Assembly (NCBI GenBank): GCA_020891255.1
Contig: BQFW01000012.1
Span: 930,001-994,000, forward strand
Direction: 5' to 3'
Length of the DNA stretch: 64,000 nucleotides
DNA from: Entomortierella parvispora E1425
Taxonomy: Eukaryota; Fungi; Mortierellomycota
The position numbers were made by a program, and so were the translations under genes. Below are positions 46,950 through 60,096 of this stretch, piece after piece. Numbering within the stretch: the stretch's first letter is position 1; every line of letters begins with the position of its first letter. Under the pieces are notes generated by a model. It did not search any database and was not told where the DNA came from. It saw nothing but the letters and a program-made list of their open reading frames with translations.

Positions 46950-47415
46950 CACGTCACCGGACGTAATTATCGCTACAACAATAAATATATTTTGCGGTTG
47001 AGCAAAATCCTCCTAGGGTGGGGGTGATCTTGGTGAAAGGGCGGCCAGGAGAGTTGTCAACCCTGCCAAAAGGGCTGGTCGAGGAGTCTTGATGGTCCTG
47101 AGCTCGGCTATTGATTCTCATGCTGGGAAAACAAAGGAGTTGGGGTTAGAAAGAGTAAGTACAGGGAAGAACAGGCGAAAGGAGACCTTGGTTGTTGAGG
47201 TGAAAGGGGTGCGTTTTGACTAACCCCTGGGAGAAATGCGCCATCCTGTCATGTTCCGGTCTTGGGTTTGGGAAAGGGGAGAAGGAGGAAAGGAGCGAGG
47301 TGAAAGAGTGGCAGGATGGAAGGAGGGTCCTTTTATTGCTGTGGCCGTAGCACCGCTTGGTTCCCATGGTGTGTGGACTCTTTCCTTTTCCTGTGGTTGA
47401 GAACGCCGATCAGTC
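46950..47415 (+). repeat. 465-bp direct repeat, copy B (in the divergent promoter between the bromodomain and MT-A70 genes)
   Basis: See copy A. On the minus strand it contains a CT-rich tract and a GTTAGT...CTAAC...CAG intron-like segment. Confidence 0.95.
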
Positions 47416-47536
47416 GACTGAAGTCGTGTATACCCTTAAGCTTTGGACTGGCACTGTATGGCCAATGTGGCTTGCGGTTGTCATGAGATGCAAAAATCGG
47501 CCAATTTACTGTACATCGTTTCCTTCACCCTTATCA

Positions 47537-49000
47537 ATGGATATCATCGTGTGCCATCAGCAAACATACTTTCTCGTGCCCATCCAAAAGCCTATGCTGG
47601 GTTGGCGTGTCCGTTCTGGGACTTTTCGTGTTTCTGCTCCCTATGATCGCCGTCTACTACCACCAGAAGCCGAACAATCTGCCAGTCATTCAAGACGAAA
47701 GAAAATAAGAAAGCTGATGCAGGAAGAAAATACCTTGGATTCTGAGAATGAAAGGAAGCTTATCCAATGGATATCGTTGCAGTTCCAAGCGGCGCTGAAC
47801 CAACCTGGTGCCGTTAAGCTTATTCATGACATGGGAACTGACATGTTCTACGGAGCTGGATCGCTTGAAAGCGAGAGCAGCCACCTCGACTTTGTTTTGC
47901 TACAACCAACACTCCAGCTGCTGAAATCCGGTTTCTCGGACATGTCGATCAATCCGGTGATTGACTTTGATGAGCTTCACTTGTGCCAAAGGAGTCAGTC
48001 CATCGATTTAGGTGATATTTATGAGACACTCGTTGTGAACACGCAACCAGCAGCTGTTGTCATCAATGTAATTGCAGAAAACAAGCCAAAATATCTTGTC
48101 CCGCCACGCTCAGCATTCATCATTTCAGACCTCGATAAGATTCACGGACTGTTATCAATCGGTACTGTGCAGCCTGCCTATCAATTCTCTGATTTCTCAA
48201 GCTCTAAGCTAACCAGGAGTGTTATTGTCATATTTAGCGCAAAAGAGAGGAGGGTTTGACATGATAATCATGGACCCACCTTGGCAGAATGCGTCGGTGG
48301 ACCGCCTCTCCCGATACAATACTCTTGACCTCTACGATCTCTTTAAGATTCCAATATCTGGACTTCTCAGGAATGATGATCTGGCGGGTGCAAGGGCATC
48401 TCCAGTTGTGGCAGTGTGGATCACCAACAGAAGGAAGGTGCGCAGGTTTGTAGTTGAAAAACTGTTTCCTGCTTGGGGTCTTAAACTGGTCGCTCGCTGG
48501 TATTGGCTGAAGGTAATATAAGGCTATTGTATAAAGGAAGGAAACTAGAGGAAGTTATTTCCGCTAAAGTTGTATTGATCATTTAGATTACCACACAAGG
48601 CGAACCTGTTCTGGACCTCAGTAATACGCACCGTAAGGCTTACGAAGGAATTCTGATAGGCAGAAGGGTTTGCCCACAAGACTCGCTGGGAAAGAACGAC
48701 GCAAATCCTGGCAATGAGCTTGAGCTTCCCCTTGCCTTCCTAGAGGACAATATCTCAGAAATGAACAAGCGCCTTGTGGTTAGCGTACCAGGTCAACATT
48801 CTCGAAAGCCAACATTGGGAACTTTATTAAGAAAGGAGTTTTTCAAGGGTGCCGACTACACCATCAACCAGCTTGAACTTTTCGCAAGAAACCTGGAGGA
48901 GGGCGTAGTATCTTGGGGAAATGAACCACTTCGCTATCAGTACTGCGGAAGAGATACCACATCAGGTCCAAAGTACGATGGCTACCTGCACCCATGTTAG
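47537..49000 (+). CDS. METTL4: MT-A70 family N6-adenine methyltransferase, METTL4-like
   Basis: Exons 47537-48161, 48238-48512 and 48587-49000. Motifs FDMIIMDPPWQN, VAVWITN, KLFPAWGL..WYWLK.T..GEPV, HRKAYEG, HSRKP and LELFARNL. Confidence 0.85.
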
Positions 49001-49419
49001 ATATTTAAAATATTATTCATTTTTGGTGTATGTATGTACTTGAACAGACTTGGTATAGAATCAAAGAAAAAATAAAGAGGGAAACTCTAGAGTACAACAA
49101 CAACATGGAATCGACTCGACAGAAGACGATGGCGAACGTAATAAGAAAGAACGGAAAGACAGAAAATAAACGGCACATGTGTATATGTATGCAGAACAAG
49201 AAGACAAAAAAAAAGAAAAAACTGTGCGATAAAAAAACATTCAGAGAACAATAAAATCTTTGCGGTATTAGTGGTGTTCGGATTGGCGGGCTGTTGTTGA
49301 TGTGCTGTTGATGGTAGTATCGTCGCCTGAGGGCTAATGATGCAGGTCAGGTGAAAATACGAGGGAGGACGGTGATGACCACCACATTGTGTTCACCATA
49401 TCTAATCCCACATGAGAAT

Positions 49420-52056
49420 TTACTTCATGCGCGCAATCGTGGAAACAGAATCGCCACAGATCGAAGCCCGTGTGCCTCCGCGCGGACGTGCAGCCGATAC
49501 CTCAGTCGCAGAACCTGCTGCGATCGTAAGGCTTGAGGGGACAGCAGAGTTGCTAGAAGAAATGGCGAGCTTCGGTGTCGACATGAGCGGCAATCGCTTC
49601 TTTGGGAGCTCTACGCACACCCGACGCTTCTTCACGTTTTCTTTGCACATCTCATCACAGAACCATGCCTTGTCAGAGAGCGCGATTTCATCCGGGATAG
49701 GACTATCGCCGTGACACTGTTGGTGGAAAGCTTTCGGGCATCCTTCACAACGAACCATTGTATTGCCAGCACAAGAATCTTGCGACTGGCACCCATGGCA
49801 AACTAAACATGACGGGCAATTTGAATTAGTATAGAACGTTTAAGTTTTGCCTCCATGCTCTCACATAGAGTGAAAGGAGGTTCATATATCAACTTACAGT
49901 GTTGAAGAACAGGGCGGATGCGCTGATCAACGGTCTCGTGAGCGTAACCTGTAAGGTCCAAGCGAGGCAGCTTGCAGGCAAATCCATAGCCTTTAAAGTC
50001 ACAGCCGTGCTTATTGCATAAGGTGCGCTTGCCCCAAGGACCTGGCCTCCAGTTGACACCCTCAGTTGTTCCGCAATATCGACACCAATCGATGTTGGCC
50101 TTCGTCAAGATCTGGAAAAGAGTGAGGTTCTTGCTGCTTTTAGCCTCACTGGATTTTCTGCTTTGTACGGTTGGCGCGGACGATAGGGGGGTAGTTGAAG
50201 CAGGTACAACAAGAGGTCCCTTCGCAGGTGTCGAAACTAGAGGCTCAGACTTAGCTGCCACAGCCTGTGGCTCTTTCTGCTCCTTTTGCTCATTTGGCTC
50301 TCTCTTGATACTATGCTGAGTTGGAGGTTGCGGCAGAGAAACCTTCATCCTGTTGCGCTCTTGTGCCGCGGCAGCATTTTCTATATCCTCCAAGCTGGGG
50401 CCATGCCATGTGCCACGACGCCTATGAAAAAATGAGAAAATAGACTTAAAATCAGAAAATTCCTCAAACGACAGAAGTTGAGGGAGGCCAGGGGATTTGT
50501 TACCTGATCGGGAACTGATAATCTTCAATATCGGACAAATCCGAATCACTGTCGTCGCTGGAACTCATGGCATCAACTTGCATTTCATTCTCAGAACGAT
50601 ATCCAACCTCGGCTTCTTCATCTGAGGAAGAGTAATTGTCCTCAGACATATAATCGTGGTTTGATTCCTGATCGGCATCTACCACAAACAGATCGGAAGG
50701 AACGCCGATATCAACGGTGCTTATTGACTGTGTAGCTGTTTCTACAGACAACTGGTCGTTCGCGCACTTATCCTCTTCCTCTTCTACTCCCATATCTTCG
50801 TCCTCATCATCTTCATCATCAGAGCGCTGGAGCTCAGGATGGTACTCATATTCTTCATGTGTCGGTGGGGCGAAACAAGCAACCTCTTGCATGGACGGAG
50901 AAGTTGGTGTTAGGTACCGAACATGTCTGCTCTGAAAAAGAGAACGCCTGCGTGCCATCACGCAGGTGCTGCCAGCAGAAGAGTCGGCATCACTAAAGTC
51001 CGCAAACTCGTCATCACCTGCATTGGAGGCAGGTGGGGAGGCGGGGGTTTCCATTCTCCTGCGCTTACTCGCCGAGATCCCGCCCAGCAGGAACGCGTCT
51101 GAGTTACGCAAGAAATCATAGGAGTGCTTACGAGTGTTGCATTCAGGAGGAGTGGGAAGACTGGCCATGGCCGCAAAGTCTCTTGGATCGCAGATAGACA
51201 CAGGAATAAACATGGGTCTTTTCATATCAATGACCAAACTGGACGAGTCTACGAATAAAAGGGGGCAAAGACGCAGGATAGCAAGGCGCAAACGGCAATG
51301 ATATTAGTCACTGATCATACCCACCTCGCACAGAGCTGCATGTGGTGCGGCCACGTATGAATTTGTGATGGTGGTGAACACACACAAAAAAAAAGCGAGT
51401 CGAAGTCATCAAGTCGGGAACGCTTGAATAGGAGAGCGGAGAAAACATCATCACAGTGGCACAAGAAATAAAATATGGGGAAACAACCAAGTGAGCTGGA
51501 TATTATTACCCTCTGATTCTTGCTTGGTTTCTCGACACTCTTCGGTTTGCTCTGGGAGATGTGCCTGTACATCCTCTTCTTCAGCGGGGTAAAGTTGACC
51601 CTCGGCATCATTTTCCATAAATGGGGACATAGGCGTCATAGGGGTAGAGAAGCAGTTCTGGTGTTCTTCGTCGTGCTGAGAAGGTGTACTGAAACCCGAG
51701 TCCGAGTCGCTATCAAAGCTGGAAGAAGACTCGTGCAAATAACGCTCAACGTCGTCGTAGAGCATTGTGGAAGAAAGGAAAACGTCGTTGATGACATTCT
51801 TCGGCTGGCTGCTGCCTTCGAAAGAGATTATAGGCTGTGTGCTATTTGAGTATACAACTGAGGGTGTTGAGAGGCTCTTGATAGAGTGGTGCGCCGGACT
51901 AGAAGAAGACAAGGTCGATGTGGCGATGTTGGCCCAGGGGTTGCTATTGTCGCTTTGGGGCATCGCTGGAGAAGGGAGAGGGGACGCTATCGTGGTGGCT
52001 GCTGCAGCAAATTGGCGGTGGTGGTGATGATATGCTAATTGGTTTTTGGACATCAT
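49420..52056 (-). CDS. GATA-type zinc finger + PHD finger protein
   Basis: Exons 52056-51510, 51248-50504, 50421-49898 and 49802-49420. GATA-like CRYCGTTEGVNWRPGPWGKRTLCNKHG; PHD-like CHGC...VRCEGCPKAFHQQCH...WFCDEMC. Confidence 0.8.
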
Positions 52057-53724
52057 AGGCAAAACTGATTGTAGGAGAAAAGAACGGGGGGGGGGGGGGG
52101 AGAACGGAGAGTGAAGACTGGGGTGAAAGAGAGCGAGTAAAGGGAGGGGGAGAGGGGAATCAGACTGTAGAGGAAGGACACGACACTCTCTTGGGGTCCA
52201 GTTCTCGAAGGGGCGCGGGGTGGGGCTGAGGACAGGTAAGAAATGAAAAGTATGGAAGTGCGCGTGAGAGAAGAGAAGTGAGGGGAGGGGAGTGAAGTTA
52301 GGAACAGCAAAGAGAGGGAAGAGGAGGAAGGAACAAAGTGAAAGAAGGAAAAGGCAGAAGGGAGGCAAGGGAAAGGGGAAGACGTGGAAGGGAGGACGTC
52401 GAGGGAACGAGACAAGGAAGGCACAGAAAAAGACAGCCATCAACCTGGTGCAAGAGGGGAGACTCCCAAGTGGTGTGCCCTGCCTGCCAACCAGGACAGC
52501 GCAACCTTGTTCGAGTGTGCTCTTCTTGGGTGTGGGTGATGATGATTGAACCGCCAACAGGTTTGTGGACACAAGACCATTCATTCAGTTCTATTCAACG
52601 CGGCACATAAAATAGGCTCGCAGACAACAACAGACACGAGCGAACGCTTCGTGGGTCCACGGCCCATTCAGTCGCCCCGACTCAATGACACAAAACCTCA
52701 GCCGTTGAAACGCTATTTTTGAACCACACCGAACGCAGATAAGATGAAGCAAATTTTATTTTCCTGTCTCTGGATAGGAGGAGACTGTCGTACCGTTCTA
52801 TTGATCTTTTCTTTCATTCGTTGGCGGTGTCGCCTGCTGTTCTGTTCCCATCCTTCGATTGTCTCGATCGTGGTCGTCAATTCCACCCGTAGTGCGCTCC
52901 CAGCTGGAGCATGCTGATTGGCTGTCACTCTTAGACGTGGCTTATCGTCACCTCGCTCACTTTTGTAGCAATTTGAATTCTCTCAGTGGGGGTTGTAAAG
53001 GAGGATGGTGATACAACAAGATTTGAGAGGAAGCCGCATGGATGCACGGATGCACCCCGTTTCTCACCTCTCGCTTCTTTTGAACTGCCAGTGTGCCCAC
53101 CTCGATAATTGCAGAGGGAAATAATAGTCATAACCACCACTTGCTACACACACTTCGCTAGCTTTGCAACAGTTTGTTGAAGTTTTCCACCACTTCTGTG
53201 TGCTTTGCGGATAGTGGATTGTCTATGTACGTAGACATATTATACGTACAGTTTGCGATCTGGGGCAAAAGGCACAATTTATTTTGGTGTGTTGAGAGCC
53301 CAAGCCAAGCTTTTTTTTTTCTGCTCAAAGAAATGAAATAGAGAGCATGCTCAAGAAAAGGTCTTTGGCGGGTCTTTTCATGAGATGTGCAAGACCATCC
53401 CATTCTACCTACTGTACTTGCAAACACGAAGATGCAAGGACTGAAAAGCAACTTGGAAAACTGCAGAACACTTCGTGAAATGAAAAAACATGTTGCGAGC
53501 TGGACGCTTTCCTTCGACCTCCATGTGCAGATCATGGAATTGTCCAATTGCTCTCAAAAAATGGAGCCTGACCCCCTCGAGCGTGAGAGCGGGAAGGTAT
53601 CTACTTCCCATTCACCGAAAGCGAACACCCGTTTTCATTACAGCAGCAGTAGGGGCAACAACAACTTTGATCTGATATGCTTACCGTCAACCCCTGAGTT
53701 TTTGGCCTGAAGTCTGCTATTTTC

Positions 53725-53789
53725 GAGCGACTTCGAGAAACAAATTGGCGCATCTCAACCCAGTGCCAATTTGTTTCTCGAAGTGGCTC
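53725..53789. other. Long intergenic hairpin (25-bp stem, 1 mismatch, 15-nt loop)
   Basis: GAGCGACTTCGAGAAACAAATTGGC (53725-53749) pairs with GCCAATTTGTTTCTCGAAGTGGCTC (53765-53789). Confidence 0.9.
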
Positions 53790-54161
53790 AAAAAATACAG
53801 AGTTCGGGCCAAATACTTCGGGTTGACAGTATAAATCCAAGGCTCCAAAGAAGACGTTACAGTACTTCACTCGCCAGCATAGATATCCACCGAAAGTCAA
53901 TGTTTGCTATATGAAAAAGACCGTAATTCCCATCACTGCCTTCACCTGAGGCAAGCAACTTGCCTGTAAGTTACCCTGCTTAAGTATGATCAACAGTCTA
54001 ACAGCCATCTCCGTAAAATCATGACGACGAGCTCCAACGATCAGTTCACTTGGCAGCACTTTGCGCATTGGGTATTGACGCCTTCGGTTTCCAAAAAACA
54101 GTTCTTTCGCCCGTGATGATTGCACAGTTCTCTTCTTTATTTCCTGCAGCACCTCACCTAT

Positions 54162-55401
54162 CTACAAAACAAACGCCTCTTGTACCCGGAGACTGTTTTA
54201 ACACCAGTGCCATGTTGAACTTCGGACTTTCTGTAGCGCCGCTGTGCTTCCCTTAGATGTTCAGGTCGAATGGCTCCTGTCTCGCCCCAATCATCCATCA
54301 CCTCTCGTGCTAAGACAATACAAAAGACAGAATTAACAAAAGAGGTGATAACAAGGGTCGACTATGATAGGTAAGATAGACACTGCCCTATACCTTTTTC
54401 AACCATTTCCCCCACAAACACTTTGCAGAATCCCGCGACGACAAAGGCCATTGTTTGGGTCACTTGCTGATTTAGAATCGTTCCAACAAGCTAAAGGTAT
54501 CATGACAGCATGTGTGACGTTAGTTGAAAGCATTGCATAAGAACATCACTATAACAATTTGCTACCTTTTTCACGGTGTTTCTGCTTAACACGGAACGCC
54601 TATACACCTCGTATCGTTGCAGTTGTTCCTCTGAAAAACAATCCAGTAATGCTCTAGTAAGTGGAAGATATCAAAAGACAGCACTTCCTTGGTTAGCATG
54701 GGCTACTGGGCTGCACTATTGTGGCTAAACCAAACATACTTGAGATCATCCTTGCTCCTTCCACGGGAGCTGGCCTCCTGATTCCACTCAAATTCAGAGT
54801 ACTCTGGCTCCTCTTCGTGATCGTCGTCCTCATCATCTTTGACCTCTGCATTCTCACCGCCCTCAGCTGGCGCCGCGTGTGCATCGCTTTCAGAAATCAA
54901 TCCGGTTCGACCATCATGTTCAGCTCTCTCTTGTGGAGTTAGATTACTCTCTGCTCTCATAGAAGCGTTATCCGCAGATACGTTCGAAACTTTTACTCCT
55001 GTGCTAGCCCCCTTTCTTGCTTTGACTCCCGCTACAGCTGCTCCAGAAGATCCTGTCTCGGTAAGTCCTCCGTTTGCACCAGTTTGACTTGTTCCAGCAG
55101 GTGCATTTGCTTGGATCTTTTTTCCATCTTTGTCCTTCTTCTCGCGCTTTTTATAAGGTCCTTTCACCATTCTCTGGCCGGATTTGTTGACCCCTCCTGC
55201 AGCAGGAACATTTGGGAGCTCCTTTCGTGCAATGATGTTGTCCAGATTGCGACGAAGCTTTTGCTTTTTTGGCTTTGGCAGGGAAGGCGCCACTGCATTC
55301 TTGCGCTTCTTCAATCCTGGGACCACTGCGGAATGTATCGGGGCCGCCGCTACCGTGTCTGAATAAACAGGTCGTCGTGATGATGCAGTGTGGTCCTCCA
55401 T
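54162..55401 (-). CDS. TAF11: TFIID subunit TAF11 (histone fold)
   Basis: Exons 55401-54740, 54653-54566, 54490-54394 and 54309-54162. Spliced protein LLDCFSEEQLQRYEVYRRS...VAGFCKVFVGEMVEKARE...IRPEHLREAQRRY...GYKRRLFCR*. Confidence 0.9.
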
Positions 55402-55799
55402 TTGATGTCAAGATGCACTGATTGTAATCAAAACTGAAGCGAAATTATCCCCAGCAAGGCCAAAAACACACCGCCAATAGACAGTCACTATTAGTTTTTT
55501 TACGTGTCATTTCATTGACCACGCACCGTCTCTATTGATGCCCAAGCATCAATTGTCTCAATAGGACCAAGAATAGCCCCAGGGACTCCAGCAACAACAG
55601 CAACGGCAGCGGACGCGAAAACGACAGAAACGACAGCCTCCGACAACAGGCCAGCAACCATGCTCGCAGCACGTCGATCGATCTCAACATGAATCTAATG
55701 TAATGGTCGACTCGTCTATACGTGCCATGTGTGTGCCTGTGTGCCATTCTGTTTGCTCATATACTCATGCTCCATCTCCTCTCTGGGCTTCGTTGTATC

Positions 55800-57260
55800 T
55801 GCAGGATTCACCGCTCGACGCGTCCGAGCTCGCATCACGAGAACACGAGAACACGCAAGGAATCTCTTCTAGTACTTCTATTGTCGCGCAGTTCCATGTG
55901 GGCAAAAAGGCGCGTCAAGCTCACGAGCTTGACTTGAGACAAAAGGAGTTGGCCTGTACGCAACTTGTTTGCGAACAGCGAAGGGAGAGTATCAAGACGT
56001 CGGCGCGTGCACTTTATGACCGATATCAAGCCCTATTCTCTGTAAGTTGTGCAAAGTGTACGATCATGGCTGTCGCTGCCTTTATTGTTGTTTTTTTTTT
56101 CTACTTCGTCTACTACAAACACTCATAAATGCTACAAATGGTGCACAGAAGCTGGACACTCGGACGCCTACGTCATTGAAGAGAAAGTCTTGCGTTACTA
56201 GACCTGTTTAACTGCATCGAAAGAGGACCCAAGCAGGGTAAGAGCCGGTAATCAGGGTTTGTGTTTCCATTGTCTACATATCTACATTTTCTCATCAGAA
56301 TGACTTCTATGTCAACAGGTATCATCATTTTACCTATTGGAATGTGCGGGGAAAAAAAAGGAATTGAAGACGAGAGAGAAAGAGGTGACGACACAGTGAC
56401 AGTGAGGGTGACAGCGACGGTCATGATAGCGACGACATGATGATGACAACGGAGAACTCTACTGTCAGCAATGTGCCGACCCAGACAACAAGGTCATGTT
56501 CAGGTGTCTCGAGAGAAAGTCTAGGGATTACCTGAAGGACCTGATTACGAGTTACGAAAGAGGAGTGGCGGTCACGAAGAGCGAGAGATACCGATCAAGG
56601 TTCGGCAAACTTTGCCGAAGAGGATCCTTTGGAGAATGCCAAGATGGTAATGGTGCACTTTTGGTACCACAATATACAGGGCGAGCAGAGCAAATGGACA
56701 CAAATGATAACTGGTTTTCGCATCGAGTTAATGCCGCCCTTCGATTTTTTATGATGTGCCGCCGCGAAACCACACGAAGGATAAGGTTGATCGACCTCTT
56801 TGACCAGAATGTTGCACATCCAGCATGGGGAGATTAGGAGAGAAAATTCGTCTTTGGTGTAGTTTTGATGACAAGACAAAGAGAAATGAGCAAGGATGGC
56901 AGGGTCCGATATAATGTCGTGGTAAGAAACCCAGATGTGGAGGCGTGTCCTGTCGGTGCTCTAGCCCTTTTTCTGCTTGGTTGGTAGGTTTGAACATCTT
57001 TGACAACGACGTACATTTCATGAGCTGGATGACGTTCTACCCCTTGTCTAATCTGAATTATCTAGCCTACCTCCTCATTGGCTGCCCCTCCGCCAAGCGT
57101 AGAAGATCACGACTGAGTCAACTATCACTTGTTGTCAAAATCCACCTCACGAGCACTAGAGATGCGATACACCACAGAGTACAAGCAGACACGCGATATC
57201 CAGGATTATCTCAACATTGGCGTCAAAGGCAAAGCAACTCATCTCAGTCGCACGGATTTT
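55800..57260 (+). pseudogene. Decayed Crypton-like (NDC10-II type) tyrosine recombinase remnant
   Basis: Fragments in shifting frames with stops: KWCTEAGHSDAYVIEEKVLRY, RRETTRRIRLIDLF, KDGRVRYNVVVRNPDVEACPVGALAL, IGVKGKATHLSR (HxxR). The sequence breaks off where the hAT repeats begin. Family call is from recalled motifs. Confidence 0.55.
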
Positions 57261-57640
57261 CGATATTCGACATTCGATCCGGATTCGACTCGACGTGTGG
57301 CGAATCAAAGGGTGATTCGATTCGACTCTATTCGATAAGGCTGATATTCGACTCGACTGTTATTCGATTCGACTTTTATTCGATTCGATTAGAATCCGAC
57401 CCAGATTCGGTCGATATTCGATCCGACGTTGACTCGATCCGACAGGGATTCGATCCGGCATGGATTCGATCCGACAATTATCCGAATCGACAGGGATTCG
57501 ATTCCACTCAAGGGATTCGATTCCACTCAAGGGATTCTAGACTCTAGTCGAGTCGAGTCAAGTCGACATGTACTCAATCCGACTTTCGATCCGATCTGAT
57601 TTGACTTTGACGGCTAAGTCTTTTGGCAAGATTCGATCTT
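57257..57640. repeat. Dense ATTCGA/TCGACT/TCCGA short-motif array, probable hAT subterminal repeats
   Basis: Dozens of GATTCGA-like motifs in both orientations, including a tandem GGGATTCGATTCCACTCAA, lying 3' of the hAT transposase. Confidence 0.7.
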
Positions 57641-57808
57641 ACCTTGCGCTGCGTATTCAACGTACTCGATATTTATTTTGTTTGGTTGTTTTTAGCTGAA
57701 ATATATTGTATGTTTTGAAAGAAGATAGGCCATGTAGAATAAAAAGATACATGTTTTCGAAAGAAGACATGAGAAAAAAAAAGAAAACAAAACTTGTAAA
57801 CAGGGTGA

Positions 57809-59038
57809 CTAGCGCGCTGCTACCGCCTGGCTCTTGAAGCGTTTTAGTTGGAGACCAGGGTTTGGGAAAAAAAACTTATACCAGGAATCCAGCAACATTT
57901 GTTCTCGGATTCTCTCAGGGCTAAGTCGATTTCTTGTGTAAGGCAGAAGAGAGCGAGCTTTTGAAAAGCTTCGTTCGGATGGGGCCGATGTTGCTGGTAT
58001 AGCAAAGTAATCTCGCGCCATTTTAGCCAAACGAGGATAACTGTCACAATTCTTTTTCCAAAACACCAGAGGAACTTCGCCTACAGTTGGACTTGCCACG
58101 AAACCCTCCAGCTCATCGCCCTGTGTTTCCCCTCCTGTAATGCCGAGAAGTTCAAGCTCAGGGTTTCCAGCGGGGGCCGGGTATGGCAGGGTAAGATCGT
58201 CGTCGTGGACCTGACTGGTTGGAGCATATTCATCAGCCCAGGCAGTTCGGACAGCTCGCTTGGCGTTGCTCACGTACTCTTGCTCCCATTGCTGATTAAT
58301 CCAGTAATGAAAACGCATTGCCGGATGAAGCGCTGTCGCCACCGAGTAGATTGGCGATTTGTCGGTCGTAGCGTAGTACTTCCTGAGTTTTTTGTATGCC
58401 ACCTTGGCCCCACGGCATATATCAGGATGGCGTGCACGGTTGCGGTCAAGGTTACCATCCATGATATCCATGACCTTGTTGTAAGTGAGAACGGTCATAG
58501 ATATGGTTACGTATTTCGTACTGGCTTATACCGATATCGTAAGTACGTCGATAGCCCCCAAAAGATTTTTCAAAGAGTCCAGACTTCGCCATTCCACCTC
58601 TTCAAGGAGGAATTCAGTAAGATTATCATCCAAGAATACGTCAGTGTAGGCCATCTTGCAGCTTGTCGCACGCTCGATCATGACATAGGTCGATCCCCAG
58701 CGTGTGCATACATCAAGCAAAGGTGAGAGACCCCGTGGTGCCTTCGCAGATTTTGTTAACCCCTTGAACATTTCCAGTTTCTGTGGAGAGCGCCTATCGG
58801 CCAAAAAAAAAAAAAAAAAAAAAAATAGAGAAAAAAGGTGAGTCCATGAACAAATAGCATGCGTGGCAAGATAAAGCACTTCGAAAGATAACGGAGGTAC
58901 ACAGTACCTGATTTTGACAATGCCCTTCCTCAGTTTTTGAGGAGCATGCTTAGTACTCACGTCGCCCATTTGCTTCTGCGACAACCTCCTCGTCATCATG
59001 CAGATCATCATCATCCAAGAACCCGTTGTCCTCTACAA
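57809..59038 (-). pseudogene. hAT transposase, 3' part, inactivated
   Basis: KLRKGIVKIR/RSPQ, LDVCTRWGSTY, ATALHP, and dimerization domain FWKKNCDSYPRLAKMARDYFAIPATSAPSERSFS. In-frame TAA at 58526-58528 and a frameshift near 58975. The 5' part is cut off by an LTR-like repeat. Confidence 0.88.
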
Positions 59039-59041
59039 TGG

Positions 59042-60096
59042 TGTGATGTTGTCTAAAGTAAGTATAGCCTAACGTCAGCAAAGGCTGGAGGTGAAAATGA
59101 TAACGAAAAGAATGATAACAAACAAAGCTCGCTGCTTACATATGATAGGGACTTTGCTCTCTGTGCCACAAGGATCAAGCACAGCACTGCTATATGATCA
59201 GATACGATCTCGAGAGAATGAACTGCATAGACAGGAGGAGGAGAATGAGCAACAGGATCATGATATAAGCAGGAACGCAAACTGAAAGGAGACTAAAAGG
59301 AACATATCAATGAGCAAGCACGTCCTAACGGTGACCAAACAGGAGAATAAACAACTACGGAGGCGAACACTAGGTAACTATACTAACTAATAACAACAAC
59401 AAGGGAGGATTGAAGGGATCTAATCAGTAAGAGCACGGCCAGAAATATTCTATCCAGGGAAAGGGGACAAGGCCGCCTAACTGAGGGTTCAGGAGGGACT
59501 CGAGGGAAGGCGACGAGAAGATAAGGGAGGTTCCCAAGCACCAGTTAAGGCCTCAGGGTGCCCAAGCGCCAGTTAAGGCCTCAGGATGGGATGCCAAGAT
59601 CGTACAAGTCCACTCAAAAGAGACAAGACATTGTTGGTACCTCGTAAGTGAGCAAGGACACTGAGAATTGGTTGGCCGAGGTTCTTGACGGAACTTGTCG
59701 AGGGCAAGGGAGATCGTAACTTGTGAGTGTACAAGGTCGATCAACAGAACGCAATAGGTCTGTGATATCCAAAGGTAAAGGGGGGGGGGGGGGAGGAGGT
59801 TTAGACTAGATACTAATAGTCTCAGCAATCGGAATTAAGGCGTCGAGCTTGCTGCTGCTGCAAAGGGGATATCGGGCAGGAAGGGGGGGATGTGTGTTTG
59901 TGTTCTGAAGGGTTCAACAAAAGTGTACTGGCAGGAATCGTAAAGGAAAAAGGCAACCAGGAGCAAAATGGATTTTTCTCCCTTCTTTATAGAAAAAAAA
60001 CTGAAACTAAACAAAATAATAAATGCTACTGAAAGTATATCTCTACTCCGATGGATGTGGACCGGGACTCCACATCTACTGCACCACACCGTGACA
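59042..60096 (-). mobile_element. LTR-like repeat, copy 1 (~1055 bp)
   Basis: Minus strand reads TGTCAC...CATCACA, with a TATAAA followed by a CT-rich tract. Direct repeat of 60685-61730, roughly 97% identical by eye. No matching TSD found. Confidence 0.65.

Noticed and set aside
52700-54150. Short ORFs (53158-53547, 53387-53710, 53601-53900 and others) as genes
   Set aside because: No recognisable motifs, mutually overlapping, and no consistent splice chain.
57257-57640. CRISPR array
   Set aside because: The motifs are 5-8 nt, irregular, in both orientations and lack unique spacers; the context is eukaryotic.
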